From the NCBI RefSeq assembly GCF_018977255.1, contig NW_024704742.1:89282001-89346000 (forward strand): a stretch of DNA of 64,000 bases, in the 5' to 3' direction. The stretch is from Callorhinchus milii. Lineage: Eukaryota. Both the position numbers and the translations under genes were made by a program. Position 1 is the first letter of the stretch. The number at the start of each line of letters is the position of its first letter. The notes below the pieces were generated by a model. That model was given only the letters and a program-made list of their open reading frames with translations. It did not search any database and was not told the DNA's origin. This document shows positions 61,356-64,000 of this stretch, piece after piece.

Positions 61356-62994
61356 TTATTTGGCCAATTGTTGGCTAGGATATCTTCTCTTTTCAAATAG
61401 TACCATGGGATCTATAACGTCCACCAGAAAGTAGATAGGAACTAAATTTAACATCTCATCTGAACGATGGGACTTCTGAAAATGCAGCACGATATTTTCA
61501 TTTTATGATGTGGAATTTAGGCATTTATTAAACCTAAAGAGTGAGTTTGTACAATGGGACAAAACATTTATAGTACATTCAGGAGTTCTCTCAGGTCCTT
61601 GTGGAGCCAGATCAGTAAAGTAAAATAAAATATTGATCATTTGGCTGGTAAACAGGTGGCACAAAGGCAGCTATTCGCACCATTTCTGAGGAGTGGTTGG
61701 GTTTTATTCACTACATTGTGTGGACTGTAAAATATTCCAGATCCAAACACCTGAAATTTGAATTTCCCAAGAGATGAAGCCATTAGGATTAAAATACTCT
61801 TTGAGTCATTGACAACATGTCTAATTATCAAGAGTCCTGGAAAAAGTTGCGTTTTAGTAGCACTTCATCACATTAAAACATCTTGAACAGTAATTTACAG
61901 CAATGACTCTCACTATTGTGCATTTATAGACAACATTGCATCCATTTTGCACACATGTGTAGAGTGCAAGGATTGACATCGGCAGCAATCTGATCACTCA
62001 TACATTGGTACTTTGAGGGGTTTGTGCTAAAACAATTCAGCTCGTATGTAAGCGTGCAAGCAAGTTTGTGTGTGTGGGTACTTTTTTACAGTTAAATGAC
62101 TTAGAATTTAATTTAAAATATTATGACTCTCATGACTGTGGGACACTGCTATGTGCAGATTGACTGTCACGTTTACCTACAATTACACAGTCAATACATA
62201 ACATGAGATATAAGGGGATATCCTATATACCTCATCTTTTATGGTGTTGAATTCCTGCTGTTTTTAATTTTACAGATTTACTCAGTGTTCACGACAGACC
62301 AGAAATCGGTGGTAGAGGATAGAGAGAAGAGTGTAATATCACTTGATCCAAACCAAGTGTGTGTTAGTAGCTTCTTTATTTGTCAATCCAAACACTCCTC
62401 AAGCCATCCCTCTAAACCACACTTTGTTCCACACCCAGTGCCTTTTTGTACTTCCTGCTCTGCTTCTTATATAGATATTGGGGTAGGACAAATTTGCAGG
62501 GCTATGGGGGGGGAGCGCGGGGAATTGGGACTAATTTGGATAGCTCTTTCAAAGAGCAGGAATGGACATGATGGGACAAATGGCTTCCTTCTGTGCTGTA
62601 TAATTCTATGATTCTATGATTTCTATAATTTTTATTGGCTCTTTTGTTAATTGTCAATTTACTCTTAAAGGAGTATCCAACAGAGAATACCATTCTTTTT
62701 GATGACTTTTTCTCCTCTAAGTTTTATTTCACTGAATTCCCCATCCAATATTTCCTTGTAATTAGATCCTGTAATTAGTTTGCTGCAGACCCAAACTGGG
62801 AGACAACAGCGACTCTTTTATTAATTTATCGCATTACTTTAGAAAGCAACTGTAAAACAAAATCAATATGTTCTGCTGCTTCTGTTATTTCTCAGTTACA
62901 ATAACTCAGTTAATGACAAAACAATACCTGGTTTCCTTGCTTACATGTTTACAGTTGTTTGAGGAAAACTGTGTGTGTTTATTGTGTATAAATG

Positions 62995-63137
62995 AATTCA
63001 TATGCATATGTGAGTATATATGTACAGTATATGTGTATATATTGTGTACGTGACTGTACAGATATATGTGTAAGTGTGTTTATGAATATGTGTATGTATA
63101 TTATCTGTGTACGTATATATGTATGTATATGTGTATG
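62995..63137. repeat. TA/TG-rich low-complexity microsatellite
   Basis: Directly visible. Confidence 0.9.
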
Positions 63138-63505
63138 TGGAGTCCTGTAGCTCAGTGGTTAGAGCACTCGCCTCGCAAGCGAGAGGACCTGGGTTTGATT
63201 CCCGGCAGAGCAAAAAGTTGGGCAAGTTTCCTTACTCCACATGTTTCTGTTTACCTAGCAGAATGTAGGAACCCAATTGTTAGTCAATTGGTGGATTGCT
63301 TTTCCGGAGGTAATAATTCCTTCAAAATAAATAAAAATAATTTGGTCACTTAATCCTGTTTGTAGAACACAGCTGTGCACAATTGGCTGCTGCATTTTGC
63401 TCACAAAAATATACAGTCAATTCACTTTACAGTATATTCTGTGAAGCGCTTTGAGACATCTTGAAGACGTGATAAGGCACTATATCAAATACAAAGATTA
63501 TTATT
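63137..63505 (+). mobile_element. tRNA(Ala)-derived SINE, long form
   Basis: 'gtggagtcctgtagctcagtggttagagcactcgcctcgcaagcgag' (CGC loop), internal 'ctgtttacctagcagaatgtaggaaccc'. Confidence 0.92.
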
Positions 63506-63545
63506 TTTATTTGATAGATAATAAAATAGGTGTAGATACATATAT

Positions 63546-63970
63546 GTGTCAGCCTGGCTCAGTTGGTTGCACTCTCGTCTTTGAGTCAGAGGTCAGGACT
63601 TTGAATTCATAATCCAAGTTGACACTCCAGTGCAGTGCTGGGGATATGCTGAATTGTCAGAGAAGCAGTCTTCAGGGGGAAGACATTAAACTAAGTCCCT
63701 GTCTGCCTGTTCATGAGGAAGTTAAAGATGCCATGGCATTACTGGAAAACAGAAAGAGTTTCTCCCAGTGCTTCGGCCAGAAATCAACCAGATAACATAA
63801 GTCATGTCATTCACTTCATGGCAGCTGTGGGACATTGCTGAGCACAAATTGGTTGCTGTGTGTGCCCACAAAATGCGCAGCCACTACACTTCACAGAATA
63901 ATACTTCACTACTATGTCAAATGCAAAGATCATTGTTATTATTGTTATTATTATTACTATTATTATTATT
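63546..63970 (+). mobile_element. Deu-domain SINE, near full length
   Basis: 'gtgtcagcctggctcagttggttgcactctc', 'gttaaagatgccatggcatt', (att)n tail. Confidence 0.85.
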
Positions 63971-64000
63971 GGAGAGAGAAAAAGTGAAGAGCAGAAAGAG

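Larger units (their letters stand above)
60873..61492 (-). mobile_element. Deu-domain SINE hosting a fold-back Penelope-like insertion
   Basis: Tail and body 60873-61052; Deu block resumes ~61356 'caaatagtaccatgggatctataacgtccacc...catctcatctgaacgatgg'. Confidence 0.8.

Overview
64 kb of AT-rich, repeat-dense vertebrate genomic DNA in which I can recognise no host protein-coding exon, so it is probably a large intron or gene desert. The repeat content points to a cartilaginous fish, most likely a chimaera such as Callorhinchus; this is inferred from repeat families, not verified. It comprises: (i) about 13 copies of a tRNA(Ala)-headed SINE in a long and a short subfamily; (ii) about 18 older Deu-domain SINEs (SacSINE1/AmnSINE1 type); (iii) two large frameshifted L2 LINEs, one apparently near full length with a CpG-rich 5' region, plus many L2 3' tails; (iv) nested CR1 LINEs; (v) a decayed Gmr1/SCAN-type Gypsy gag fragment; (vi) two probable MITEs; (vii) an unclassified ~260-bp dispersed repeat in 4 copies; and (viii) repeat-free, homeodomain-site-rich tracts resembling conserved non-coding enhancers. 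The most interesting signal is three Penelope-like 3'-end fragments carrying minimal hammerhead-ribozyme motifs. Two are ~210-250-nt fold-back hairpins with apparent target-site duplications, inserted at the same site and in the same orientation in two different DeuSINE copies. Almost all ORFs in the supplied track are retroelement fragments or noise. Boundaries of old repeats are approximate (+/-10-30 nt).
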